DNA of 63,235 nucleotides, counting the filler, from Octopus bimaculoides (taxonomy: Eukaryota): the NCBI RefSeq assembly GCF_001194135.2. It is 9 parts of 8 records of this genome, joined end to end, with 100 filler letters (N's around TTAATTAATTAA, not from the genome) between each part and the next. Parts side by side here need not be neighbours in the genome. Positions count along the whole stretch, not along the records: positions 24,424 to 28,025 come from NC_069005.1; positions 28,126 to 33,836 come from NC_068988.1; positions 33,937 to 41,073 come from NW_026346321.1; 6 more parts are not named here. One strand, given 5' to 3'. Under the pieces are notes generated by a model. The model ran no database searches and was not told where the DNA came from. It saw nothing but the letters and a program-made list of their open reading frames with translations. This document shows positions 27,440-37,746 of this stretch, in pieces. Positions within the stretch are counted from its first letter, which is position 1, and each line of letters begins with the position of its first letter. The position numbers were made by a program, and so were the translations under genes.

Positions 27440-27600
27440 CTTTATTCTTTTATCTTTTCTTTGTTTCAGCCATTGGACTGCAGTCTGGGGCACAGCCTTG
27501 ATGGGTTTAGTCTAACAAATTGACCCTAGTATTTATTACTTTTCTAAATATGATTCTTACTCTATCGGCCCCTTTTGTCGAACTACTAATTCAGGGACAT
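27440..27600 (-). mobile_element. SINE family B 3' part
   Basis: ttgtttcagccattggactgc...aaattgaccctagtatttatt...gaactactaattcagggac, a diverged family B tail. Confidence 0.55.
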
Positions 27601-28125
27601 ACATACAGATATACATACATACGTACATACACACATGTGCACAATATATATCAAATCTTTTGCGAGTTGACTTGGGATCATTTGACAACGTAACCTCCAT
27701 TTAACTAAGCCATCTTCAGCTGGATGACCAATTAGTGGAGAAATCCTCGTTGAATAATTATTACATCCGAGGTTCTGCTAGCAAGGGAACATATGCAGCC
27801 TAGATTCTACCTAATCTATTCCCTCAATTTGGATTTTTATTCGCATCCATAGCAACCCTACTTTCTAACGGTGAACTCTAAAAATTTTTTAAAAACTTTT
27901 TTCAGTTTATCGAATTTCGATATGGGAAAACCCACAACCTTCTAAACCAATAAATTAGTATTGCTCCTGAAAGTTGTTTTTATACCTACTACGGACTGCT
28001 CGAAGCTTATTAACTATCCTTGCATNNNNNNNNNNNNNNNNNNNNNNNNNNNNNNNNNNNNNNNNNNNNTTAATTAATTAANNNNNNNNNNNNNNNNNNN
28101 NNNNNNNNNNNNNNNNNNNNNNNNN

Positions 28126-28160
<35 letters not shown>

Positions 28161-29209
28161 GTATGTATATATAATTGTATAGATGTATACATACGAATAC
28201 GCACACGTGTGTGTGTGTGTGTCTGTGTGTGTAGATATATATACACGTACACATACTCATACTTGCAACTAGCCATGTGTGTTTGTGTACGTGTAGTTTA
28301 TATAGCCTAATTACTCTATTTAAAGACATATATTTATTTAAAACATGTATATTTATACAGATATATATTAAATACAGATGAAAATATATATATTTAATAT
28401 ATATCTGTATAAATAAATTTGTCAACACACCCATATATGTTTATAAGCTGACAACATATTAGGCCGTATTCAGATCTATTTATAGTTATATCTGTTTGAG
28501 TGAGTATATATAGAGATACAGGGTGCGCCAGGCAACCTGGCGCAAAACAAAACACCAGGAAAAACTAAGATACCAAACAAAACAGAAAAATCAAATAAAG
28601 TGAATATATAAACAAAAAGCCTTACTTCCAGAAAACGTCTCACATGTTCAGCTAGAAAGATTACCAATTAAAAACGCTAACAAAACTTCGTTCAGTGCCT
28701 GTGACAATCTCTATGCAGCCAAAGAAGCGACTATCGTGTTAGTGTTATGTGAGTCCCCGTCATCGCACCCGCTATGGTAGCGCCATACGAATCATTGGCA
28801 ACGTGGGGATACCGTTTGGCTTGGCCTCCTGTCACGACGATGCCTAAGACACAGTAAATCCAGCGGGGTTTAAAAACTGGGAGACCACATGGTGTTGGGA
28901 ATCACACGATCACTTTACTCCTTGCGGTCTTACCCGACATGAACTGCCTTCTTCATATCATGTAGAACTTGAATCTGATCAGGCCCGCTTATAACACGTC
29001 TGATTGGAGGTTATGAGACGTTTTGGCACAGCGTTTATGGCACAGCCGTTTTGGCGTTACTGATTCGACGCCGACTGATCCGATATCAGCCGTTTTAACG
29101 TTTCTCTGTTTATGTATGAGCATATTTTCTTTAAGTGTATGAGTGTTTATGTCTACCGTGTTGTGTTAATAAATCGTAATCTCTCTCTGTCACTCACTCT
29201 CTCTATCTT

Positions 29210-29253
<44 letters not shown>

Positions 29254-29280
29254 GTATATATATATATAATGTATATTATA

Positions 29281-29667
29281 GGTGTAGGAGTGGCTGTGTG
29301 GTAAGTAGCTTGCTTACGAACCACATAGTCCCAGGTTCAGTCCCACTGCGTGGCACCTTGAGCAAGTGTCTCCTACTGTAGTCTCGGGCCGACCAAAACC
29401 TTGTGAGTGGATTTGGGAGACAGAAACTGGAAGAAGCCAGTCGCATATGTATATATATGTATATGTATGCGTGTGTATATGTTGTATATCTGTGTTTGTC
29501 CTTCCAACATCACTTGACAACCAATGCTGATGTGTTTACGTCCCCGTAACTTAGCGGTTCGGCATAAGAGACCGATAGAATAAGTACTAGGCTTACAAAG
29601 AATAAGTCCTAGGGTCGAATTAATTCGACAAAAGGCGGTGCTCTAGCATGGCCGCAGTCAAATGACT
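29281..29667 (+). mobile_element. SINE family B, full length
   Basis: ggagtggctgtgtggtaagtagcttgct...ggttcagtcccactgcgtggcaccttg...gtccccgtaacttagcggttcggc...gccgcagtcaaatgact. Confidence 0.9.
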
Positions 29668-29699
29668 ACACGCACACACATATGTGTGAGCATATTTCT

Positions 29700-29915
29700 C
29701 TTTATTATACTTATATACTTACTTAATGAAAGAAATTCTTGTATACAGTGCTCAGGTATACTATTACTAAGAGAAGATAAAAAAAGGCCATTAGCTGTAC
29801 TGTAGGCAGATTTCAAGAAGCCTGGAAGGTTTGAAGGATGGAGAATCTCGACAGCTAACAACTGATGCGGGTAGTCTATTCCATGCTTCAGCAATTTTGA
29901 GCGTGAAAAAATGTG
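29700..29915 (-). mobile_element. CR1/L2-type LINE ORF2 3' end
   Basis: HFFTLKIAEAWNRLPASVVSCRDSPSFK fits the FF..R....WN.LP..VV....FK C-terminal motif. Confidence 0.7.
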
Positions 29916-30800
29916 TGTATAAATATTTAGGTAAATCGTGTTCAGGTAACAAATTGTAATGTCTGTCTGTCTCTTCTTTCTTTTCTTCCCCCTCTCTCTC
30001 TCTCACACACACACCCTCTCTGTATCAGTGTGTGTATGTTTCTGCGCGAGCCTACTTGCGTATGAGTGTATTTGCCTTCAATATCAAAACATGTGCTGTC
30101 AGCCGTGCTAAACCGTCGGCCTCCAAACAGCCACGGCCAGTCATCGACATCCGTGGATAAGAAACTCCGCCATATTGAACAATTCGGTGTTAGCCTTCCT
30201 TCGTCGACTCACTGAGTAGATATCGTTTCTGTTATATCAGACCTGCTGGACGAGCTCTGCCATCCTGACGACATTTGACCACTAAGGTTATGTCTTTCTT
30301 TTAGCCAAGGATAACAGGTCCTCGCTAGAGGCCTCCCAATTCGTTCTCGGTCCTGGACACGAAAGCCCGCCAAGCACTGGAGGAAGTATACGACCGCCAA
30401 GTCACTGTTGTTGGCATCTAAAGCCTTGGTTACAGTGGGTCCTTCATTCTCTTTCTCAAATTTGTATTTGCCTCGTTGATGTTAATACATCTGAGAAAGA
30501 AATGAGTAAGTCAAGATTTTGACTCATACAGTTTCATATTAAGTTGTTCTCTATTTGTAACCAGTTAAAAAGATTTGATCACAAGTACCTTGCGCAGCCT
30601 GTATAATGTACGCGCGGCGCGTGTGGGGGATGGGTCTGTGTATGTGTGTGTGTGTGTGTGTGTATGTGTGTGTGTGTGTGTTACCCGCAAGAGTCGCAAA
30701 GACATACACAGACGCTTACGCTTATACATATATATTTAACTCTTCAAACGGAAAGACAGACAGACAGGCAGACAGACAAACAGACAGACAAACAAATAGT

Positions 30801-30845
<45 letters not shown>

Positions 30846-31844
30846 GGATGGATAGATTGATATAAATACATGAATACAGGCAGATAGAAAGACAGACAGA
30901 TGTGTGTGTGTGTGTATATATNNNNNNNNNNNNNNNNNNNNNNNNNNNNNNNNNNNNNNNNNNNNNNNNNNNNNNNNNNNNNNNNNNNNNNNNNNNNNNN
31001 NNNNNNNNNNNNNNNNNNNNNNNNNNNNNNNNNNNNNNNNNNNNNNNNNNNNNNNNNNNNNNNNNNNNNNNNNNNNNNNNNNNNNNNNNNNNNNNNNNNN
31101 NNNNNNNNNNNNNNNNNNNNNNNNNNNNNNNNNNNNNNNNNNNNNNNNNNNNNNNNNNNNNNNNNNNNNNNNNNNNNNNNNNNNNNNNNNNNNNNNNNNN
31201 NNNNNNNNNNNNNNNNNNNNNNNNNNNNNNNNNNNNNNNNNNNNNNNNNNNNNNNNNNNNNNNNNNNNNNNNNNNNNNNNNNNNNNNNNNNNNNNNNNNN
31301 NNNNNNNNNNNNNNNNNNNNNNNNNNNNNNNNNNNNNNNNNNNNNNNNNNNNNNNNNNNNNNNNNNNNNNNNNNNNNNNNNNNNNNNNNNNNNNNNNNNN
31401 NNNNNNNNNNNNNNNNNNNNNNNNNNNNNNNNNNNNNNNNNNNNNNNNNNNNNNNNNNNNNNNNNNNNNNNNNNNNNNNNNNNNNNNNNNNNNNNNNNNN
31501 NNNNNNNNNNNNNNNNNNNNNNNNNNNNNNNNNNNNNNNNNNNNNNNNNNNNNNNNNNNNNNNNNNNNNNNNNNNNNNNNNNNNNNNNNNNNNNNNNNNN
31601 NNNNNNNNNNNNNNNNNNNNNNNNNNNNNNNNNNNNNNNNNNNNNNNNNNNNNNNNNNNNNNNNNNNNNNNNNNNNNNNNNNNNNNNNNNNNNNNNNNNN
31701 NNNNNNNNNNNNNNNNNNNNNNNNNNNNNNNNNNNNNNNNNNNNNNNNNNNNNNNNNNNNNNNNNNNNNNNNNNNNNNNNNNNNNNNNNNNNNNNNNNNN
31801 NNNNNNNNNNNNNNNNNNNNNNNNNNNNNNNNNNNNNNNNNNNN

Positions 31845-31978
31845 AGTCGAGCAAATCGACCACAGGACTTATTCTTTGTAAGCCTAGTACTTATTCTATC
31901 GATCTCTTTGGCCGAACCGCTAAGTTACGGGGACATAAACACACCACCATCGGTTGTCAAGCAATGTTGGGGGGACAA

Positions 31979-32009
<31 letters not shown>

Positions 32010-32172
32010 CATATATATACGACGGGCTTCTTTCAGTTTCCGTCTACCAAATCCACTCACAAGGCTTTGGTCGGCCCGAGGCTATAGCAGAAGACACTTG
32101 CCCAAGGTGCCACGCAGTGGGAATGAACCCGGAACCATGTGGTTGGTAAGCAAGCTACTTACCACACAGCTA
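31845..32172 (-). mobile_element. SINE family B (left arm of an inverted pair)
   Basis: Reverse complement of 32217-32564. Confidence 0.9.
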
Positions 32173-32216
32173 CATATATATATAATGTATATATATATTA
32201 TGTATATATATACATA

Positions 32217-32564
32217 GGCGCAGGAGTGACTGTGTGGTAAGTAGCTTGCTAACCAACCACATGGTCCCGGGTTTAATCCCACTGCGTGGCACCTTGGGCA
32301 AGTGTCTTCTACTATAGCCTCGGGCCGACCAAAGCCTTGTGAGTGGATTTGGTAGACGGAAACTAGAAGAAGCCCGTCTCATATGTATATATATGTATAT
32401 GTATGTGTGTGTATGTGTTTGTGTGTTTGTGCTTGTCCCCCCTAACATCGATTGACCACCGATACTAGTGTGTTTACGTCACCGTAACTTCGCGGTTCGG
32501 CAAAAGAGATCGATAGAATAAGTACTAGGCTTACAAAGAATAAGTCCTGAGGTCGATTTGCTCG
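32217..32564 (+). mobile_element. SINE family B (right arm of an inverted pair)
   Basis: ggcgcaggagtgactgtgtggtaagtagcttgctaacc...gtcgatttgctcg. Confidence 0.9.
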
Positions 32565-33426
32565 TGTAAAGTTATTTGGTTGGAGACCTCCTTTGAGTCT
32601 TTTTATAATCACTGGGTCAGAGATAGTCCCCAGATGGTAACATTGAATTCAAGGCCTTCCCAGATAAGTGACTGGTCATTCAAAGAGACTTATAGATTGC
32701 AAATTTATTCTATCCAGTTACCTGTTGGCAAAGTGATCATTGGCAAATTCCAGTGGTGACACTTTCATTTCCCCTCAGCCCTCACGTCACACAGTTGTTA
32801 ATGTTTATTTGAGTTGGATCACGCCCTTCTAAATGCTATAGATCCGTAATGCACCTTACGGCTGTGCCCGTCACCTGTATGGTTAGCAATCCTACATTGG
32901 GGAGTGGTAACGACTAGGGTAGGGTAGCTGACTGCTTATTGTGATCATTCATCTCTTGGTTTCTTGTAGCTTTGCTCTCTTTAAAAACCCAGTGAACATT
33001 CATATATTTCCGATTTCTAAGAAATTTGAACAATAGATATAAGACCCAAGTTAAAAAAGATTGCCAACAATTCAACTTCTCTGGTTGACTTTAAGACCCC
33101 CCCCCCCCCATAGCAATAGGATCCTTAACTCCCACATTTTAGAGCTCCATGTGCTCCATTTTACAGGAGGAAAAGCCTTTGAATAGGTTTCATAAGATTT
33201 GGATTTTGGAATCTGAGCATAAAGATGAGTAGTGTGGGATAAATATGTCATGATTAGAATTTTTGTTGGGATGTGTAAAGAGGGAAAGAACCCTCATTAA
33301 AATTCTTAATCTGCAATTTTGATGAAATTCGAATCATAGCTATTCCAGTTCATTACAGAAAATCTAAAAGAAAGGTCTAATTCTTCAAGTCTATGTGATA
33401 CGGGCAAAGCCGGGTATCTCTGCTTG
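32565..33426 (+). mobile_element. Non-autonomous Helitron 3' portion, degenerate end
   Basis: Ends cgggcaaagccgggtatctctgCTTG|T, versus cgggcaaagccgggtatttctgCTAG|T at 40499-40525; 32565-32680 is homologous to 40252-40360. Confidence 0.65.
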
Positions 33427-33796
33427 TGTATATATATATATTAGTGGCGACTCCGGAACTCGGGCTGTTCAGACTTACTCCGAGTATAAATTTAATTAAG
33501 GGAACGCGTATTTGCAAGCTAATTAAATTTCTGCCAACACTGATTTCAAGCATGTAAGTTCAGCCAATAACGCGGGTTCGTCTTAGAAGTACCCTGTGTA
33601 AAAATATATCATTCGTAAAAGACGTTCTCTGACATCATTCACATGCGCCTGACTCGAGCTCAGAAGTTACAGCCCGAGTTGTTATCTATTGTCGTAAAAA
33701 TTAAACGTAATTCAAATTCAATGTTCTCTTCAAACAATAAATAGTCGAGGGATTACTGTATATATATATGTGTGTATATATACTTATTTACTATTT

Positions 33797-33836
<40 letters not shown>

Positions 33837-33936
33837 NNNNNNNNNNNNNNNNNNNNNNNNNNNNNNNNNNNNNNNNNNNNTTAATTAATTAANNNNNNNN
33901 NNNNNNNNNNNNNNNNNNNNNNNNNNNNNNNNNNNN

Positions 33937-34028
33937 CTCCGGCTGCGAGGACTCCAAGTGGTCCGGTCTTGACAGCGTTGCCGATGTAAGTCATGTGTTT
34001 TTGCTATGGCATCTAATTCGTTTCTTGG
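33937..34028 (-). pseudogene. Second parvovirus-like VP1u (PLA2) fragment with a 47-bp internal deletion
   Basis: 92 bp identical to 39623-39761 minus 39673-39719; begins at the edge of an assembly gap. Confidence 0.95.
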
Positions 34029-35490
34029 GCCGTTCAGCTTGGACTCAGTCACAACGCATATATCTATCTTTCACGACCTGAGGTCGTCTAGGAGGTATGT
34101 CTGCCTCCATTTGGACCTCAGGCCACGTACATTTATACACCCTATCTTAACTTCCATGAAAAAATATTTACTTTACCTTTGCAGGAGGGGTTTCACGACT
34201 TCCACCGTCCCCTCCTCCGGTATCTTCTATGACTGGTGTAGCCGTTGGTTTTAAAATAATCTTTTCTTTTACTATATGCTGACTCACATCGAAAATATTG
34301 TCAGAATATCTCTGTTTAAATTGTTCGAAGTGTTCTGCACTTATCCTCGCCAACCATATGTGCGGCGGTTTACCTTCAATAGGTCCCATTACCGTATAGT
34401 TTTTTTGTTATTAATCCATGTAACACTTCATTTTTGATGGTGTACGACACAATTCTTTCTTGCGGGGGTTTAGGAGCGGGTTTCAATTTGAGAGTGGACG
34501 AGGGTATTATTTTTTGTGTGTTTTGCATTTTTTCTTTTTTTTCTTGTAGGGGGAGGGGAGTCTGGTCCAATAGGTTTTTTCCTTTTATTTTTAACAACTT
34601 TAAACTCCGCTTCTTCCTCACTTTTTCCTTTTTCTATTATGACTTCCGGCATTTTCGATTTACCTTGTTTGACATCTTTTTTAGGTTCTGTTTTCTCCGG
34701 TATTTCTTTCTCCCTTTGGGGAGGGACTTCTTTTTTTTTGGTTAGGTTTTTTTATTTTCACACATTTGGAACGCACGTGGCCCTTTTCACCACATTTAAA
34801 ACATCTGGGCCTCCGTCCCTCCACCGACACCCTTGCACTGAGACCCTCCCCTATAAAAATCCTGTCTGGTCTGGTCTAGAGGGTATCGTTTGACGCTAGA
34901 ACTACAAGCTCAAGCGCCTGCCCCTTCCAATTGAGTGCGTTCCTTCTTCTCATTGTAAGTACATCCACCTGATCCTCCACGTCGTAAATTAACGCTTGTA
35001 CTAACCAGTTTACGTCATACCCGGATGGAATATCTTCTATTGTGATTTTCGCAGTTCTCCGGCCAAGGTATGTAGGTAAGAGCATTACCTCTTCAGTTTT
35101 CATCGTTTGTGTCGATACTTCTTTCGCTACTTCAGCCGATTCGAATTGGGCCTCTACTGTAGCATTTCGAGGCCCTCTACCAACATATTTTATTTTTTCC
35201 CACACAGGGGCAAGACACTTTTCTATTGCATCCATTTTCATCATCATGACGCGCCTTTCCTTGCAGTTGTATACTTTGTAAATAACGGTTCTTACCGCCA
35301 ATTCTTGGATAGTTTCCTTTGGCGGTATTAACCTTGTTACATCGTCAGTTTTCTTTATCAGGTGTCTATATTTGTACCACTGTTCGGGTATCACTTCCAT
35401 TACTTCAAATTGCCCGCCTACGGCGGATGAAAAGCTACTGACCTTTCTCGTTTCCTCGGTTACTTCGGGGTTTACTTGAAATACATGCAT
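34029..35490 (-). mobile_element. Tx1/L1-type LINE: ORF1 (zinc knuckle) plus the first ~43 codons of ORF2 (APE endonuclease)
   Basis: Reading through the stop at 34876-78 gives ...RVSVEGRRPRCFKCGEKGHVRSKC (CCHC at 34762-34803); frameshifts in poly-A runs; ORF2 ATG at 34157 gives MEVKIGCINVRGLRSKWRQTYLLDDLRS*KID, the APE N-terminal NVRGL motif. Confidence 0.85.
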
Positions 35491-35494
35491 ATTA

Positions 35495-35766
35495 TCTATA
35501 TATATAAAAATGAGAATGTCTGTCTGTCTGTCTGTCTGTGTGAATCCCTAAAACTCGAGAACTACGCAACCAATTTCATTCAAATTTTACACATGCCTTA
35601 CTTAGGGTTCCAGTTGCGTTTTAGTCAAAAAAAATTTTAACTTCTTCCAGAGTTCGAGCCCACAGCAACATATCTCCTCCACTATTTAAGTATTACGTGT
35701 CAAAAGTGAAACAAAAACACTCATGTCAAATACTTTCACTTTAAAAATGAAACTATCCTGCTAACT
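35495..35766 (+). mobile_element. Helitron-type 5' terminus
   Basis: A|TCTATATATATAAAAATGAGAAT(GTCT)n...aaaactcgagaactacgcaaccaatttcattcaaattttac: A|TC start, (GTCT)n tract and subterminal motif typical of non-autonomous Helitrons; runs into an N gap at 35767. Confidence 0.7.
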
Positions 35767-36151
35767 NNNNNNNNNNNNNNNNNNNNNNNNNNNNNNNNNN
35801 NNNNNNNNNNNNNGAGAGAGAGATGTATACATATAGATGTATATGTACACGTTATTCCACTGAAACAATCACATTTCGATACTTTCAGAGAGAGAGAAAG
35901 AGATGTATATGTACACGTATATGCATAGATATAGATCTATATGCATACATGTATATGTATACACATGTGTAGATGTATATATATATAGATGTACATGTAA
36001 TATGTACATATATATACATGCATACAGATATCTATACATATATACACCCATCACACACAAACACATGCACACAAACCCACACATTAGTCATTTGTTTTCT
36101 TATCCAAAACTACGTCAAAAGTACTGAACGGATCTTTATGAAATTTGGAAA

Positions 36152-37669
36152 TTATATTCTATGTATAACGGCCATAACTCCCATGTATAATGTAGATGTT
36201 TTTGGTGGATTTTCAGAAACGAATGTTTTGTTGTATGTGTTTGTGACGTATTTTTTTATGAAATCTTTCCATATAGTTATCCACATCAGTGGGTTCAATT
36301 CCACTCTTCCCCATTCTTTAAGTTGGGGCATAGGCGCTCTTGTTTCGAACAAGTATAGCCTGTTTTTCAGGGCGTCCTCGTCTTGCATTACTACTCTCCA
36401 TGGCGGTGTGTTACTTGTTGATATTGATGGTGTTCTTTTGAGAATACGTTCGTTTTGGTGCTTAATGTTAATATAAGTTTGAGTTCCTTCTAAAATGCAC
36501 TTAGCTTCCTCAATGTTGTTGGTGGTGAACCACATCTCGTCGGTATAGATAAGAGTTTTGTCTATACATGATCCGAATGTGAAATTGTCACTGGCTTGAC
36601 ATCGCATTCTTCCGCAGTTCATTAAACCGTTGCGAATTGATCTAAGAATGTAGCTTTTTCCGGAGTTGCTGACGCCTGTGATGTGTAATCCGTTAACTTT
36701 TGGATTAATTTTATGGCAAATGTCAAACGTTTGTTGTCCGAATGATTGTGGGTCGATGTTATGGTGTTTTAACCATTCTTCGTATATGTTTAATGATGTC
36801 TGTATATCATGGTAATTGTTCATATTATTCATGAAAAGTGTTTTCTTGTCGTTAATTTGCTGCCATATGGGTGTGCTGAGAGTTTCGATATTTGTTTCAG
36901 TAGCTGCTGCTGATATTATCGTTTGAATGTTAGCCGTGTTCCTGTAAATGTTGGACCATGTTGTTCTGTGAGACAGTTTAGGGGAGTTATTACAGTAGTG
37001 TATTATATCTCCTAGGTCTGTGCTGTTACACTGCCTCATCATCTTTTTGATAAAGTTATATTTATCGCCTCTGACTGTTTTGGTTCTGTTAATAGATTCT
37101 GCTTCGGATATGTCGTCATCAGTATTATCGTAGTTTTTATCCGTTAGCTTTTGAAGTAAAGCTGTTTGTTGTTCTGAGTTTATGTTGTTAGCACATACTA
37201 CCCATCTCAATGAATCGTCTTGTGTTAAATATTTGCAAAATCCATATGGTGTAAATACTTTCATGGCTGCCATGTCGTATGGTTTGGCGATGTTATTCCT
37301 CAATATATTTTTAAGCATTTGAAAGCTGTGTTGATTAGACGGATGTTCCTTATGAAAAGATATGACGTGAAAGTGTTTCTTGTCGTGACAGTGTTTAATT
37401 GTACTCATAGCCTCTTTATGGTAGACGACAATAGATGGATGTTTTGAAATAATATTCATAAAGTACTGTGCCTGTGGTGACTGCGTGTATTTGATGGTCT
37501 CCATGGCTTTTCGTATTGTGGGAGATTCATCCCATGTAAATTCATTGTCGTCATTCCACCTATATACCCAAGTATATGGTAGGAGGCTCGATTCTTTGAT
37601 GAAGTTGTCGAACGATTGTTTGCTAGCGTACACGTCTGCCGATGTTGAAGGCTCCATCGCTGGCTGCAT
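36152..37669 (-). CDS. NS1: Parvovirus-like NS1 replication initiator (HUH endonuclease + SF3 helicase), 505 aa from ATG 37669 (alternative ATG 37657)
   Basis: HUH KHFHVISF (HFH at 37367-37375), motif III FCKYLTQ, Walker A GVSNSGKS (36653-36676), Walker B LIYTDE, B' EAKCILEG...INIKHQ, motif C ISTSN; no internal stops. Confidence 0.95.
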   Translation of the reverse strand: MQPAMEPSTSADVYASKQSFDNFIKESSLLPYTWVYRWNDDNEFTWDESPTIRKAMETIKYTQSPQAQYFMNIISKHPSIVVYHKEAMSTIKHCHDKKHFHVISFHKEHPSNQHSFQMLKNILRNNIAKPYDMAAMKVFTPYGFCKYLTQDDSLRWVVCANNINSEQQTALLQKLTDKNYDNTDDDISEAESINRTKTVRGDKYNFIKKMMRQCNSTDLGDIIHYCNNSPKLSHRTTWSNIYRNTANIQTIISAAATETNIETLSTPIWQQINDKKTLFMNNMNNYHDIQTSLNIYEEWLKHHNIDPQSFGQQTFDICHKINPKVNGLHITGVSNSGKSYILRSIRNGLMNCGRMRCQASDNFTFGSCIDKTLIYTDEMWFTTNNIEEAKCILEGTQTYINIKHQNERILKRTPSISTSNTPPWRVVMQDEDALKNRLYLFETRAPMPQLKEWGRVELNPLMWITIWKDFIKKYVTNTYNKTFVSENPPKTSTLYMGVMAVIHRI

Positions 37670-37723
37670 TGTGTCGTTGGTTGTCGAATTGTTTCTATTT
37701 ATCGTGTTATTTCCCGCCCAGCG

Positions 37724-37730
37724 ATTTATA
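37724..37730 (-). promoter_or_regulatory. Candidate TATA box for NS1
   Basis: TATAAAT on - strand, 17 nt after the VP stop codon and about 55 nt before the first NS1 ATG. Confidence 0.45.
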
Positions 37731-37746
37731 ATCACTGTCGCTTGTT

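Noticed and set aside
28517-28550. tacagggtg followed by a 9-bp stem-loop tgcgccagg-caa-cctggcgca
   Set aside because: Looks like a lone Tc1-type end; no matching second TIR was found nearby.
30060-30510. GC-richer stretch with a minus-strand splice acceptor (tttctttctcag) and short ORFs
   Set aside because: All frames stop early after the acceptor and no protein family is recognisable; cannot be supported as an exon.
37670-37746. Ordinary head-to-tail concatemer as the explanation for VP-before-NS order
   Set aside because: No hairpin or inverted repeat is visible in the 77-nt spacer and it carries a TATA box; not fully excluded without relatives.
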